64,000 nt of DNA from Candidatus Woesearchaeota archaeon (GTDB lineage: Archaea; Nanobdellota; Nanobdellia; Woesearchaeales; GW2011-AR4): NCBI GenBank assembly GCA_016185755.1, contig JACPMX010000016.1, positions 985 to 64,984 of the forward strand, read 5' to 3'. Of the stretch, positions 9,500 to 18,657 are shown in pieces; the first letter of the stretch is position 1, and the number at the start of each line of letters is the position of its first letter. A program made the translations under genes and the position numbers. The notes beneath the pieces were generated by a model. That model had not been told where the DNA came from. It worked only from the letters and a program-made list of their open reading frames with translations, and ran no database searches.

Positions 9500-10036
9500 A
9501 TGGCAAAATCAGCATGGACTATCTGGTTTGTAGGGCTGCACGGCTCTGGAAAATCAACCATATCAAAAAAAACAGCTGAGATTCTGAGGAAAAAAAACGT
9601 GCCTGTAGTAATTCTTGACGGCGATGAATTAAGGGAAGCAATATCATCCGACCTGGGCTACAGCATAGAAGACAGGGACGAGCACATGAAAAGGACAGCA
9701 GACTTGTGCCGCATAATTTCAGGAAACGGAATACTCTGCATAGCATGCGTTGCATCCCCAACTGAAAAATCCAGGGAATACGCCAAAAAAATGCTCGGAA
9801 AAATAATCATAGTCTATGCCAAATGCCCCCTTGAAGTATGCGAAAAAAGGGATGTCAAGGGGCATTACAGGAAGGCAAGGAACAAAGAAAAGGGATTTGA
9901 AGATTTTTTAGGAATATCCTTGCCTTTCGAAGAGCCAAAGAATGCAGATATAATCCTCAACACTGATAAGGAAAGCGCTGAAGATTCTGTGAGCAGGCTT
10001 CTTAAAAAATTGGCGGAAATGAAGGCAATTGAATGA
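9500..10036 (+). CDS. cysC: Adenylyl-sulfate (APS) kinase
   Basis: P-loop 'GLHGSGKST', 'LDGDELR', 'LGYSIEDR', 'RDVKGHY', 'GISLPFEEP'. Confidence 0.9.
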   Translation: MAKSAWTIWFVGLHGSGKSTISKKTAEILRKKNVPVVILDGDELREAISSDLGYSIEDRDEHMKRTADLCRIISGNGILCIACVASPTEKSREYAKKMLGKIIIVYAKCPLEVCEKRDVKGHYRKARNKEKGFEDFLGISLPFEEPKNADIILNTDKESAEDSVSRLLKKLAEMKAIE

Positions 10037-10075
10037 CAATTTCAAAGCAGCTTATAAGCAGCCCGCAATATTCAT

Positions 10076-11068
10076 TTAAACTATCCTTGCTTTCCTTAAA
10101 ATATCCTTGATCTGGCTGATGTTTAGGTAACTGGCGTTTTTTGAATTGCTGTCCATATCAGCTTTCCGTTTTTTTGCCATATCAGAAACAGAAGGATGCC
10201 TTATTACATACATATTTCCCATGTCCTCTGAATAAACTGATTCCTCCTGCGTCATTAAAGACTCGTGCATCTTTTCGCCGAATCTGGCCCCGATAAACCT
10301 GAGCTTTATATCTTTAGGCTCATGGCCGTGCTTAGGGGCAAGCTCTTCTATCATGGCATGTGCAAGATCAATGACTTTCAATGCACTCATCTTGAGCACG
10401 AATATCTCCCCGCTCCTGGTGACTTCGGCGGCCTTCAAGACCAAGCTTATCGCATCAGACTTTGTCATGAAGTAACGGCTCATCTCTTTGTCAGTTATGG
10501 TCAACGGGCCCCCATTTTCAATCTGCTTCCTGAATATCGGTATGACAGAACCAACCGAATCCAGCACATTTCCGAACCTTACGCAGCAGAATTTAGTATC
10601 TGCATTGCTTATTGCAGTGTCTATTATCACCTTTTCGCTAAGCAGCTTTGTGGCCCCCATTGTATTGATTGGGTTAACCGCCTTGTCTGTGGAGATTCCT
10701 ATAAACTTTTCAACATTGTTGTCTATGGAAGCTGAAATCAAATTTTCAGTTCCAACGATATTGGTGCTTACAGCTTCAAAAGGGTTGTACTCGCATAAAG
10801 AAACATGCTTCAGGGCTGCAGCGTGGAATATGATATGAGCCCCCTTTACTGCCCTTTGGACCCTGTTCCTGTCCCTGATGTCACCTATAAGCAGCCTTAT
10901 CCTGTCAGTTGCCAGCTCCTGCCCCAGATGGAACAGGTTTGACTCATTATTGTCAAAAACCCTGATTTTCTCCGGATTATACTTCAGCAACTGCTTTACT
11001 ATCTCGCTGCCGATTGAGCCGCACCCGCCTGTCACCAGTATATCTTTTCCTTCAAAGACGCCTTTCAT
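10076..11068 (-). CDS. UDP-GlcNAc 4,6-dehydratase (CapD/PglF/PseB-like SDR)
   Basis: 'ILVTGGCGSIG', 'HAAALKHV', 'STDKAVNP', 'RFGNV', 'GEKMHE'. Confidence 0.9.
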   Translation of the reverse strand: MKGVFEGKDILVTGGCGSIGSEIVKQLLKYNPEKIRVFDNNESNLFHLGQELATDRIRLLIGDIRDRNRVQRAVKGAHIIFHAAALKHVSLCEYNPFEAVSTNIVGTENLISASIDNNVEKFIGISTDKAVNPINTMGATKLLSEKVIIDTAISNADTKFCCVRFGNVLDSVGSVIPIFRKQIENGGPLTITDKEMSRYFMTKSDAISLVLKAAEVTRSGEIFVLKMSALKVIDLAHAMIEELAPKHGHEPKDIKLRFIGARFGEKMHESLMTQEESVYSEDMGNMYVIRHPSVSDMAKKRKADMDSNSKNASYLNISQIKDILRKARIV

Positions 11069-12174
11069 TTTAACCTCCTTAGGATTTTTTTGAGAGAATT
11101 TACAACTGTATGCATATCTTTTTCCTTAATCTGCTCGTAAAAAGGCAAGATCATTATCGTCCTGCTCAGCTTTTCAGCCACCGGAAAATCACCTTCTTTG
11201 CAGCCAAGACTTTCCCTGTAAAACGGCTGCAGGTGAATGCAGGGATGAAAATACGCCTTGCTCTGTATCCCCATGGCGTTCAATTCGCTTATGGCCCTGT
11301 CCCTTATCTTTTCGCTTACCATTACAGGAAAAACAAACCATGAATGCTCATTGCCTTTTCTGATTTTTGGCAGCGTTACGCCATCGATTCCCTTTAATTC
11401 ATCAAGATAGGCATTTGCAAGCTCCTTTCTTTTTTTAATAAAGCCCGGCAATTTTTCAAGCTGCTCTACCCCAATGGCGGCATTTATCTCGTCCATCCTG
11501 TAATTATAGCCAATCCGCTGGTGGGTAAGCCACTGCATGTTATCCGATCTTCCCTGATTCCTGTAGCTTTTGCACAGTGCGCTTGTTTTTTCATAGTTTG
11601 TAACAATCATGCCTCCTTCAGCTGTTGTCATCTGCTTGTTTGGGTAGAATGCAAAAACTCCCGCATCCCCCATTGTTCCGGTATTTTTTCCCTTATAGGT
11701 AGCCAGTATGCTTTCGCATGCATCCTCTACGACTTTCAGCTTGTTTTCCCTTGCTGCCTTTAGTATAGGATCCATATCGCAGCTTTGGCCGAAGACATGC
11801 ACCGGCAAAATGAACCTTGTCTTTGCATTTATTTTTTCCTTTATCAAATCAGGATTAATGTTAAAAGTGTCCTCTTCCACATCGACAAAAACAGGCTTTG
11901 CATTCTCAAACAAGGCGCAGTTTGCAGAGGCAACAAAAGAAAAAGGAGTTGTTATCACCTCATCTCCGGGATTTATGCCCAAAGACTTTAATGCCAGGTG
12001 CAGCCCTGAAGTGCCTGAGTTGACAGCAATGGCATATTTTGACCCCATAAGCCTGGAGAATTTTTCCTCAAATTCTTCCAATTTAGGGCCTAAGCTCAAT
12101 ATTCCTGATTTCAGCACTTTTACTACTGAATTGATCTCTTCTTTTCCTATTGTCGGCCTTGATAATGGTATCAT
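11065..12174 (-). CDS. DegT/DnrJ/EryC1/StrS sugar aminotransferase
   Basis: 'NSGTSGLH', 'VVEDACE', 'FAFYPNKQMTTAEGG', 'GYNYRM'. Confidence 0.93.
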   Translation of the reverse strand: MIPLSRPTIGKEEINSVVKVLKSGILSLGPKLEEFEEKFSRLMGSKYAIAVNSGTSGLHLALKSLGINPGDEVITTPFSFVASANCALFENAKPVFVDVEEDTFNINPDLIKEKINAKTRFILPVHVFGQSCDMDPILKAARENKLKVVEDACESILATYKGKNTGTMGDAGVFAFYPNKQMTTAEGGMIVTNYEKTSALCKSYRNQGRSDNMQWLTHQRIGYNYRMDEINAAIGVEQLEKLPGFIKKRKELANAYLDELKGIDGVTLPKIRKGNEHSWFVFPVMVSEKIRDRAISELNAMGIQSKAYFHPCIHLQPFYRESLGCKEGDFPVAEKLSRTIMILPFYEQIKEKDMHTVVNSLKKILRRLK

Positions 12175-12184
12175 TTTAGTGTTT

Positions 12185-12589
12185 TCAATTTTTTATTTTC
12201 TTCACAACTTTAGCCGGGATGCCATAAGCAACAACATTATCCTGGATGTCCCTGTTGACAAACGAAAAAGCCCCTATAACTGAATTTTTCCCTATCGAAA
12301 CCCCGGGCATTATGACAGAATGGCTGCCTATTTTACAGTTTTCCTTTAATGTCACCATTCCTTTCTTGCCGTCTATTGTGCTTATGCTGTATATCGAGCA
12401 GTGGCTTCCTACCTGCACACCATCCTGTATTTCCACGCCGTGCTTCGCGTTTATGTATGTAAATGCGCCTATATCAGTTTTCCTGCCCAGTTTCAGGCCG
12501 CCTTTATTCCGGACCAGCCAGCTGTATTTTGTCATTTTTCCTTCCCTGATTTCCGGGAATTTCCAGCCCTTAAACCTTTCTTCTTCCAT
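12185..12589 (-). CDS. Hexapeptide-repeat (left-handed beta-helix) acyltransferase
   Basis: 'IGSHSVIMPGVSIGKNSVIGAFSFV', 'AYGIPAKV'. Start moved to MEEERF to avoid overlap with neuC. Confidence 0.88.
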   Translation of the reverse strand: MEEERFKGWKFPEIREGKMTKYSWLVRNKGGLKLGRKTDIGAFTYINAKHGVEIQDGVQVGSHCSIYSISTIDGKKGMVTLKENCKIGSHSVIMPGVSIGKNSVIGAFSFVNRDIQDNVVAYGIPAKVVKKIKN

Positions 12590-12593
12590 TTTT

Positions 12594-13733
12594 CTAGTAT
12601 GATATCCTCTTCTGCAGGAGCTTCTCATCAATTTTTATGCTTTTTAGGCATTCAAGCACCTTCTGGAAAGTATCTCCGCTGCCGAAAGGATTCTTCAGGC
12701 TTTTTATTCTCTTCTGAAAACCTTTTGATAAAGCGAGCTTTATGGATTTTTTAATATCTTCCTTCTGATATCCGCAGTCAATGACATTTCCTGCCCTTTC
12801 CCTTCCTTTTTGCCTTGAGCCTATATTGACGGCAGGAAGCCTGAAATATGGGGCCTCTATTATTGCGCTGCTGGAGTTCCCAACAATTACATCAGCAAAG
12901 CCCATAATGCCTATGAATTCTACGTAATCCAGATTTTTCCTTATCCTGAAGCCCGGATTTGAGGCAAATTCGCCAATGGCCTTTATAATTCCACTGTTTC
13001 CGGGGTCTGCATTAGGATAAACAACAAGGCACTGGGCGTCAATTTCAGCTACCGCCTTTAGCGTGTTGAGTATTTGGCTGTATGAGCTGTTTTCCTCGAG
13101 CGTTACAGGATGCTGCAAAACCAGCACAAGAGGCTTTTCATTGCTTAATTCAAATTTTTTGTATAATTCTCTTTTTGAAATCTTTTTCATCTCCCTTATG
13201 TTGCTTACGGAAGGGGAACCGACAACACGTATCCTAAAAGAATCTTCCCCCATTTTTTTTATCCTTTCTGCAGATTTTTCCGTGGCGCAGAAATGCAGAT
13301 GGCTCAGCTTTGTTATTGCATGCCTTGCCGCCTCGTCAACGGTCGAGGTCACTTCGCCGCCATGGAAATGGGCAACAGGTATGGAAAGGTAAGAGCCTGC
13401 AATAGCCCCTCCTAAGGCCTCTATCCTGTCGCCTATGACAAAAATAAAGTCCGGCTTTATCTCGCTAAGTTTTTTTGTCAATTTTTCTATAAAATTACCC
13501 AAAAAAAACAGCATAGATGCCTTGTTGTCTTTCTCGAAAACAGAATTTATCTCTACTGTGCCCAATCCGCTTTTTTTGACCTCATCTATGCTATGGCCGA
13601 ATTTTTCCATCATATGCATGCCTGTTGCAATTACAGTTATCTTAAAGCCTTTAGCCTTATCCAATTTTTTCAGCAGTCCCGACATTATCCCGAAATCCGC
13701 CCTTGTTCCCGATATATAAACAATTTTTTTCAT
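12594..13733 (-). CDS. neuC: UDP-N-acetylglucosamine 2-epimerase (hydrolysing), NeuC/LegG type
   Basis: 'GTRADFG', 'GDRIE', 'HFHGGE', 'RHAITKLSHLH', 'GNSSS', 'GSRQKGR'. Confidence 0.92.
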   Translation of the reverse strand: MKKIVYISGTRADFGIMSGLLKKLDKAKGFKITVIATGMHMMEKFGHSIDEVKKSGLGTVEINSVFEKDNKASMLFFLGNFIEKLTKKLSEIKPDFIFVIGDRIEALGGAIAGSYLSIPVAHFHGGEVTSTVDEAARHAITKLSHLHFCATEKSAERIKKMGEDSFRIRVVGSPSVSNIREMKKISKRELYKKFELSNEKPLVLVLQHPVTLEENSSYSQILNTLKAVAEIDAQCLVVYPNADPGNSGIIKAIGEFASNPGFRIRKNLDYVEFIGIMGFADVIVGNSSSAIIEAPYFRLPAVNIGSRQKGRERAGNVIDCGYQKEDIKKSIKLALSKGFQKRIKSLKNPFGSGDTFQKVLECLKSIKIDEKLLQKRISY

Positions 13734-14800
13734 TCTATCTTTTCCAAACTTAATAATTCATCTTTCATAATTTGGGCATTCGCTTTTTTCCCTATTATCG
13801 AGTAGATATCTTTAGGCTTCAATCCAATTCCAGGCCTTTTTATTGCAAGATTTCCAAAGCTTAGTTTCTCGCCTTTTGCTATGTTCCTTGCAGCTACTAT
13901 GCTTTTTCTTGCTACTTTGGCATTTTCTATTTCGCTTTTTGTTGGCTTTTTTTCAGCACTCCCCAAAACTCCCCCATCAAGCTTGATTTTCTCATAATCC
14001 TTGTTTTTTATTGCTGTTATCATTTCTTTTAATTCATCAGGCTCCAAAGAAGCTTTGTGGTCAGGCCCTTCCATGCCCCTGTCAAGGGTAAAATGCTTCT
14101 CTATCAGGACCGCGCCTAGCTTAACAGCCATCTGCGGAACATCAATCCCGAGCGTGTGGTCAGAATAGCCCACCAGGCTATCTAATTCCTTCTGCATGGT
14201 CTGCATGGCCCTTAAGTTCACTTCATTTTTTGGGCATGGGTAACTGGTTGTGCAATGCAGCATGATAACTTCCCTGTTGCCTGCTTCATATATTTCACTC
14301 AATGCCTCTTTTACCTCTTCCAAGGTAGACATCCCTGTCCCCAAAATCATGGGCTTGAGCTTTTTTGCAGCCTTTTTCAAAAAAGGGATATTGGTAAGGT
14401 CTCCGGAGCCTATTTTGAATGCAGGCATCATCTTGTCCAAAAAATCTATTGCATCATTTGTATGGGGGGTCGATAAAAAGATAATATCTTTCTCATCACA
14501 ATATTTTTTTAATGCTTTGAAATTGTTGTAATCCAATTCTAATCTCTTCAGCATCTGCAACTGAGTTTCACCTCCTCCAATATTCTCTTCCTGGTATTTC
14601 GCCATTGGAGTTTTTTCAGCAATCAAATCCTCTGATTTAAAAGTCTGGAACTTTACAGCATCAGCTCCCGCATCTTTTGCTGCATCCACAAGCTTTTTTG
14701 CCAATTCCAAAGAGCCGTTGTGGTTCACTCCCGCTTCCGCTATTATGAAGCAAGGCTCATTTTCCCCGATTCCTCTGCCCCCTATGTTTATCCGCATCAT
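13730..14800 (-). CDS. neuB: Nonulosonic acid synthase (NeuB/LegI) with C-terminal SAF domain
   Basis: 'IIAEAGVNHNG', 'AVKFQ', 'HCTTSYP', 'GYSDHT', 'IEKHFTLD', 'GPDH', 'KRPG'. Confidence 0.95.
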   Translation of the reverse strand: MMRINIGGRGIGENEPCFIIAEAGVNHNGSLELAKKLVDAAKDAGADAVKFQTFKSEDLIAEKTPMAKYQEENIGGGETQLQMLKRLELDYNNFKALKKYCDEKDIIFLSTPHTNDAIDFLDKMMPAFKIGSGDLTNIPFLKKAAKKLKPMILGTGMSTLEEVKEALSEIYEAGNREVIMLHCTTSYPCPKNEVNLRAMQTMQKELDSLVGYSDHTLGIDVPQMAVKLGAVLIEKHFTLDRGMEGPDHKASLEPDELKEMITAIKNKDYEKIKLDGGVLGSAEKKPTKSEIENAKVARKSIVAARNIAKGEKLSFGNLAIKRPGIGLKPKDIYSIIGKKANAQIMKDELLSLEKIE

Positions 14801-15510
14801 TTGTGCCGCTGAATTATATTCCTGTTTATTTCCATCAGCTTGGGATTCTCAAGAAGAAGTTTAATGATGCTTTTCAGCGGAAAGATATTTTTATCGCCTA
14901 AGCTGTCAAAAATCCTCCTTACAAGCTCCAAATCCTCGCTGAAATCCACGGTCAGCCTTATTTCCGGATGCCTTAACTCTTCTTCAACCTCCAGGTCTAT
15001 CTTTTTCAGGCTGGACTCCCTTTCAAATAGGTTCCCCCATATTTCCGTGTCTTTCTCTTTTTTGGTTTCTATAATTTTCTTAAGAGCATCAATCTTGATT
15101 CCATAGGAAAAAGCGCCCAGCGGAAGATTTTTGCAGGTTATAAAATCAGCATCGGATTCCCTGAAACTGGTGATTATCCTGTCAATATAAGCAGGATCAA
15201 CCAGGGGGTTGTCTGCAGTAACGCTGACTATATGGCTTGCCTTGTATTTTTTTGCTGCATTGAACAGCCTGTCGAGCACGTCATCCTCGCTGCCCCTGAA
15301 CCATTTTATGCCCTCTTTCTCGGCAACATCTATCAATACATCATCCTGGGGATTTGTTGATGTGCAGAGGATTATCCCATCGGCATTTTTTGACAGCTTC
15401 AGCCTGTCTATCTGGTGCTCTATCATAGGCCTTCCTTTTATGTACCTCAGCACTTTTAACGGGAGCCTTTCCGATTTCATCCTTACTGTTATGGTTATTG
15501 CCGCTTTCAT
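14797..15510 (-). CDS. Sugar cytidylyltransferase (SpsF/NeuA/KdsB family)
   Basis: 'RMKSERLPLK', 'RGSEDDVLDR', 'TADNP', 'RLTVD'. Confidence 0.88.
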   Translation of the reverse strand: MKAAITITVRMKSERLPLKVLRYIKGRPMIEHQIDRLKLSKNADGIILCTSTNPQDDVLIDVAEKEGIKWFRGSEDDVLDRLFNAAKKYKASHIVSVTADNPLVDPAYIDRIITSFRESDADFITCKNLPLGAFSYGIKIDALKKIIETKKEKDTEIWGNLFERESSLKKIDLEVEEELRHPEIRLTVDFSEDLELVRRIFDSLGDKNIFPLKSIIKLLLENPKLMEINRNIIQRHK

Positions 15511-16547
15511 TTTTCCACATTCCTCCAGCTTATAAGCGAATATTTCTTAATAGGCTCTTTTGCCTTTTTGCCGATTAAGCTAAAGAATTCCCTCTGCTCT
15601 ATGGTATTTTCCTTTTTTGTTCTCCTGAAAGCCAGGTCTTTTTTTCCTATGGAGCTTCCTTTTTTTATGTCACCTGCAGCGACTATTGTAAACTTCATCG
15701 GACCTTTCCTCGCGTATATGTTCTCGTAATCGCTGATTTCAAATGAGCCGTCGCCTTTGGCCTTGTTTAGAATACCCATCTTGCCCCTTATTTCCCTCAG
15801 GCTTTCTGCAGACACCGCAGCGTCGTAATCAGTTCTTTTTTTCCCTGCTTCCAGGGCAACGTGCTTTTCAATTATATTCGGACCTGCCATGAATCCGGCC
15901 AGTGTCATCAGTTCATTGTTTTTGTCGTCCCAGGCAGTATGGTCTGCGTATCCCACAGGAAGACCGAATTTTTCCTTGATTTTTTGCATCCTTCTGAAAT
16001 TTATATATTCATATCTCGTGGGGTAGTTCTGGAAACCGTGCATGAGAAGAATGTCTTTCCTGTCCAGGAATTTAACAGCGAATTCTATGTCTTTGATACC
16101 TGAGCCGCCAATGCCAAGAATTATCGGAACCTTTATGCCTTTCACCCTTTCAAGCATTTCTATGTTGTTCAAGGCCACAGCATGAATTTCAACAGCATCG
16201 ACCAAATCAACATTCTCCTTTACAAAATCAATAGAGTACAGGTCATCAGCCAAGACTATATTGTCAAAACCGGAGCTTTTTGCCTTTTCCAATATCATGA
16301 TCCACTGGCTTTTTGAAAACATGGATTTTTTGATTATGCTGTAAGCGGGATGGTCTTTTGTGAAATAAGAGTCTATGTCGATCATTATGTGGAATTTTAC
16401 CCCATCGCAGCTTTTTTTTGATGCAAGACTGTGGATCAGCCTGTTCATGTAGGAAAAGTTCCCCTCGTGTATATATGCGGTTTCCCCAATTATGTAAGGA
16501 CAGTTCTCATCTTCCATTGCTTCCTTGAACCTGCTTTTTTTTGCCAT
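15507..16547 (-). CDS. Second, divergent NeuB-family synthase
   Basis: 'IIGETAYIHEG', 'VKFH', 'GFQNYPT', 'GYADHT', 'IIEKHV' and a SAF-like tail. Confidence 0.85.
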   Translation of the reverse strand: MAKKSRFKEAMEDENCPYIIGETAYIHEGNFSYMNRLIHSLASKKSCDGVKFHIMIDIDSYFTKDHPAYSIIKKSMFSKSQWIMILEKAKSSGFDNIVLADDLYSIDFVKENVDLVDAVEIHAVALNNIEMLERVKGIKVPIILGIGGSGIKDIEFAVKFLDRKDILLMHGFQNYPTRYEYINFRRMQKIKEKFGLPVGYADHTAWDDKNNELMTLAGFMAGPNIIEKHVALEAGKKRTDYDAAVSAESLREIRGKMGILNKAKGDGSFEISDYENIYARKGPMKFTIVAAGDIKKGSSIGKKDLAFRRTKKENTIEQREFFSLIGKKAKEPIKKYSLISWRNVEK

Positions 16548-17027
16548 TTATTTATGCCCCATGACCTTGAGCATGTCATAATCCTCAAACTTGTAAACGC
16601 ATGTTGTCAGCGACTCAGACCAGTCGTTTATTATTTTGCTGAATTTGTTCCGGATCGCCCGCGTTATATTCCCAAGGTCCATGCCGTCCCTGGCAATCAC
16701 TACAATGGAAAAGTCCCATTCACCGGAAACAGACATTACTTCAGCTACATTTGGGTGCCCCTTAAGATAGTCTATGAACTCCCTTATGTCGCTATCAGAG
16801 TAATTGTGCGCCTTAATCTTAATGTCAACTATGTTGTTAAACCCAAAATTCCTCGGCCTCAGCTGTATCTTCGGGAAAAAAATATTGTTTTCCTTCATCT
16901 TGATTATCCTCTTTTTAGTCGAATCCACGGACAACTTGACTTTTTTTGCAATGCCTGTCAGGGATTTCCTGCAGTCTGCCTGCAGCATGTTAAGAATAAT
17001 GCAGTCCTTTTCATCAAGCTTTATCAT
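16548..17027 (-). CDS. Lrp/AsnC family transcriptional regulator
   Basis: 'LDEKDCIILNMLQADCRKSLTGIAKKVKLS' HTH, and RAM domain 'VSGEWD'. Confidence 0.9.
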   Translation of the reverse strand: MIKLDEKDCIILNMLQADCRKSLTGIAKKVKLSVDSTKKRIIKMKENNIFFPKIQLRPRNFGFNNIVDIKIKAHNYSDSDIREFIDYLKGHPNVAEVMSVSGEWDFSIVVIARDGMDLGNITRAIRNKFSKIINDWSESLTTCVYKFEDYDMLKVMGHK

Positions 17028-17048
17028 TCTTCTTAAAAATACGATTTT

Positions 17049-17108
17049 ATTTATAAATATTTCTATTTTTTAAGATATATATTTAAATATAGCTTAAAAT
17101 TTAAGCTA
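17049..17108. promoter_or_regulatory. Divergent promoter region with palindromes
   Basis: ATTTATAAAT at 17049-17058, TATATTTAAATATA at 17078-17091, and TAGCTTAAA-A-TTTAAGCTA at 17090-17108, between lrp and the hisF-like gene. Confidence 0.5.
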
Positions 17109-17237
17109 ATACATGGCAATCTCCTGCGGAAATTAAGACATTATGTGAATTATGAATAACGCGCCCTTCGCAGCCCAGGAGCCATTTTAAAGCGCATAAG
17201 ATTTTTAAACTCACATCCAATTCTTGGCTTCATAAAA

Positions 17238-18008
17238 ATGGAGAAAATAAGGATAATAGCCAGGCTGGATGTCAAGGGCCCCAATGTCATCAAAGGGGTG
17301 AATCTCGAAGCCTTGAGGGTGGTTGGAAAGCCGGAAAAGATGGCTGAAGATTATTACAGGCAGGGGGCAGACGAGCTGATATACATAGACATTGTTGCAA
17401 GCCTTTATGGGAGGCAAAATCTCCTTAACATAGTGAACCTGACATCTGACAAGATATTCATACCATTCACTGTTGGCGGCGGGGTAAGGACTCTTGATGA
17501 CATAAGCCTGTTCTTAAAAGCAGGAGCAGACAAGGTGGCAATAAATACTGCAATAACCAAAAACCCGGATTTAATAACGAAAGCTTCAAGGATGTTCGGG
17601 TCGCAATGCATCGTTGCTTCTATAGAGGCAAAAAAGGCACCAGAAAATAAATGGGAGGCATACACTGAAAATGGAAGGGAAAAAACAGGCCTTGATGTGG
17701 TAAAATGGGCAAAGAAAGTGGAAAAACTCGGGGCAGGAGAGATACTCCTGACGTCCATAGACAAAGAAGGCACCAAAAAAGGATTTGATATCGAGCTCAT
17801 AAAGCAGGTTTCTGAAGCTGTTTCTGTCCCGTTGATCGTATGCGGCGGCGCAGGCAATGCCGGCCACATCGTTGAATGCATTGAAAGCGGAAACATCGAT
17901 GCAGTGGCAGTTTCCTCAATTCTTCATTACGGGACATCGACTATCGGCGAGATTAAGAATCACCTTGCCAAGAGTGGAATTAGCGTGAGAAAAAATGCAA
18001 AATTATGA
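17238..18008 (+). CDS. HisF-like cyclase (WbuZ type, glycan amidation)
   Basis: 'IIARLDVK', 'PFTVGGG', 'GADKVAINT', 'GAGEILLTSID'. In an operon with the amidotransferase. Confidence 0.9.
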   Translation: MEKIRIIARLDVKGPNVIKGVNLEALRVVGKPEKMAEDYYRQGADELIYIDIVASLYGRQNLLNIVNLTSDKIFIPFTVGGGVRTLDDISLFLKAGADKVAINTAITKNPDLITKASRMFGSQCIVASIEAKKAPENKWEAYTENGREKTGLDVVKWAKKVEKLGAGEILLTSIDKEGTKKGFDIELIKQVSEAVSVPLIVCGGAGNAGHIVECIESGNIDAVAVSSILHYGTSTIGEIKNHLAKSGISVRKNAKL

Positions 18009-18657
18009 AATTCCGGATGTAAGCATAATTGATTACGGAATAAACAATCTCAAGAGTGTAAACATTGCATTCCAAAGCATAGGAAGAACCGCGAAAATAA
18101 TTGACGCTCCCGAGGACGTACAATCGGCAAAATGCCTTGTATTGCCGGGGATAGGCGCATTTCACAGCGCCATGGAAAACCTCAGGAAAAAATCCCTGAC
18201 AGAGCCAATCAGGCAAAAAGTCAAAGACGGAACCCCAATTTTAGGGATATGCCTGGGGATGCAGCTGCTGTTCTCTGAAAGCGAGGAGTTCGGGCTGCAC
18301 AAGGGGCTCGGCCTGGTTCCGGGAAGAGTCATACCATTCAAATCGCCAAAGGAAATTAATATAAAGGGCTATAAAGTACCGCATATAGGCTGGAGCGAGC
18401 TGATATTCCAAAAAAACAGTGTCAAAAATACGCTGCTTGAGAACCTGCCGGAACAATGCGAGGTTTATTTTGTGCATTCATACTTCCCCAAGGCTGATGA
18501 TGCAGGCACTGTATTGGCGACTGCCAAATACGGCGGCCAGGAATTTTGCGCAATAGTCAAAAAAGGCAATATCACGGGAACCCAGTTTCACCCTGAGAAA
18601 AGCGGGGAAATAGGGCTGAGCATGCTAAGGACATTTTGCAATCAAAATTGCAGATGA
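17995..18657 (+). CDS. HisH-like glutaminase subunit (WbuY type)
   Basis: 'IIDYG', 'LPGIG', 'GICLGMQ', 'YFVHSY', 'QFHPEKS'. Confidence 0.92.
   Translation: MQNYEIPDVSIIDYGINNLKSVNIAFQSIGRTAKIIDAPEDVQSAKCLVLPGIGAFHSAMENLRKKSLTEPIRQKVKDGTPILGICLGMQLLFSESEEFGLHKGLGLVPGRVIPFKSPKEINIKGYKVPHIGWSELIFQKNSVKNTLLENLPEQCEVYFVHSYFPKADDAGTVLATAKYGGQEFCAIVKKGNITGTQFHPEKSGEIGLSMLRTFCNQNCR

Noticed and set aside
17238..18657. Histidine biosynthesis hisF/hisH
   Set aside because: They are coupled to an N-acetyl sugar amidotransferase with no other his genes nearby, which matches the WbuXYZ glycan paralogues.
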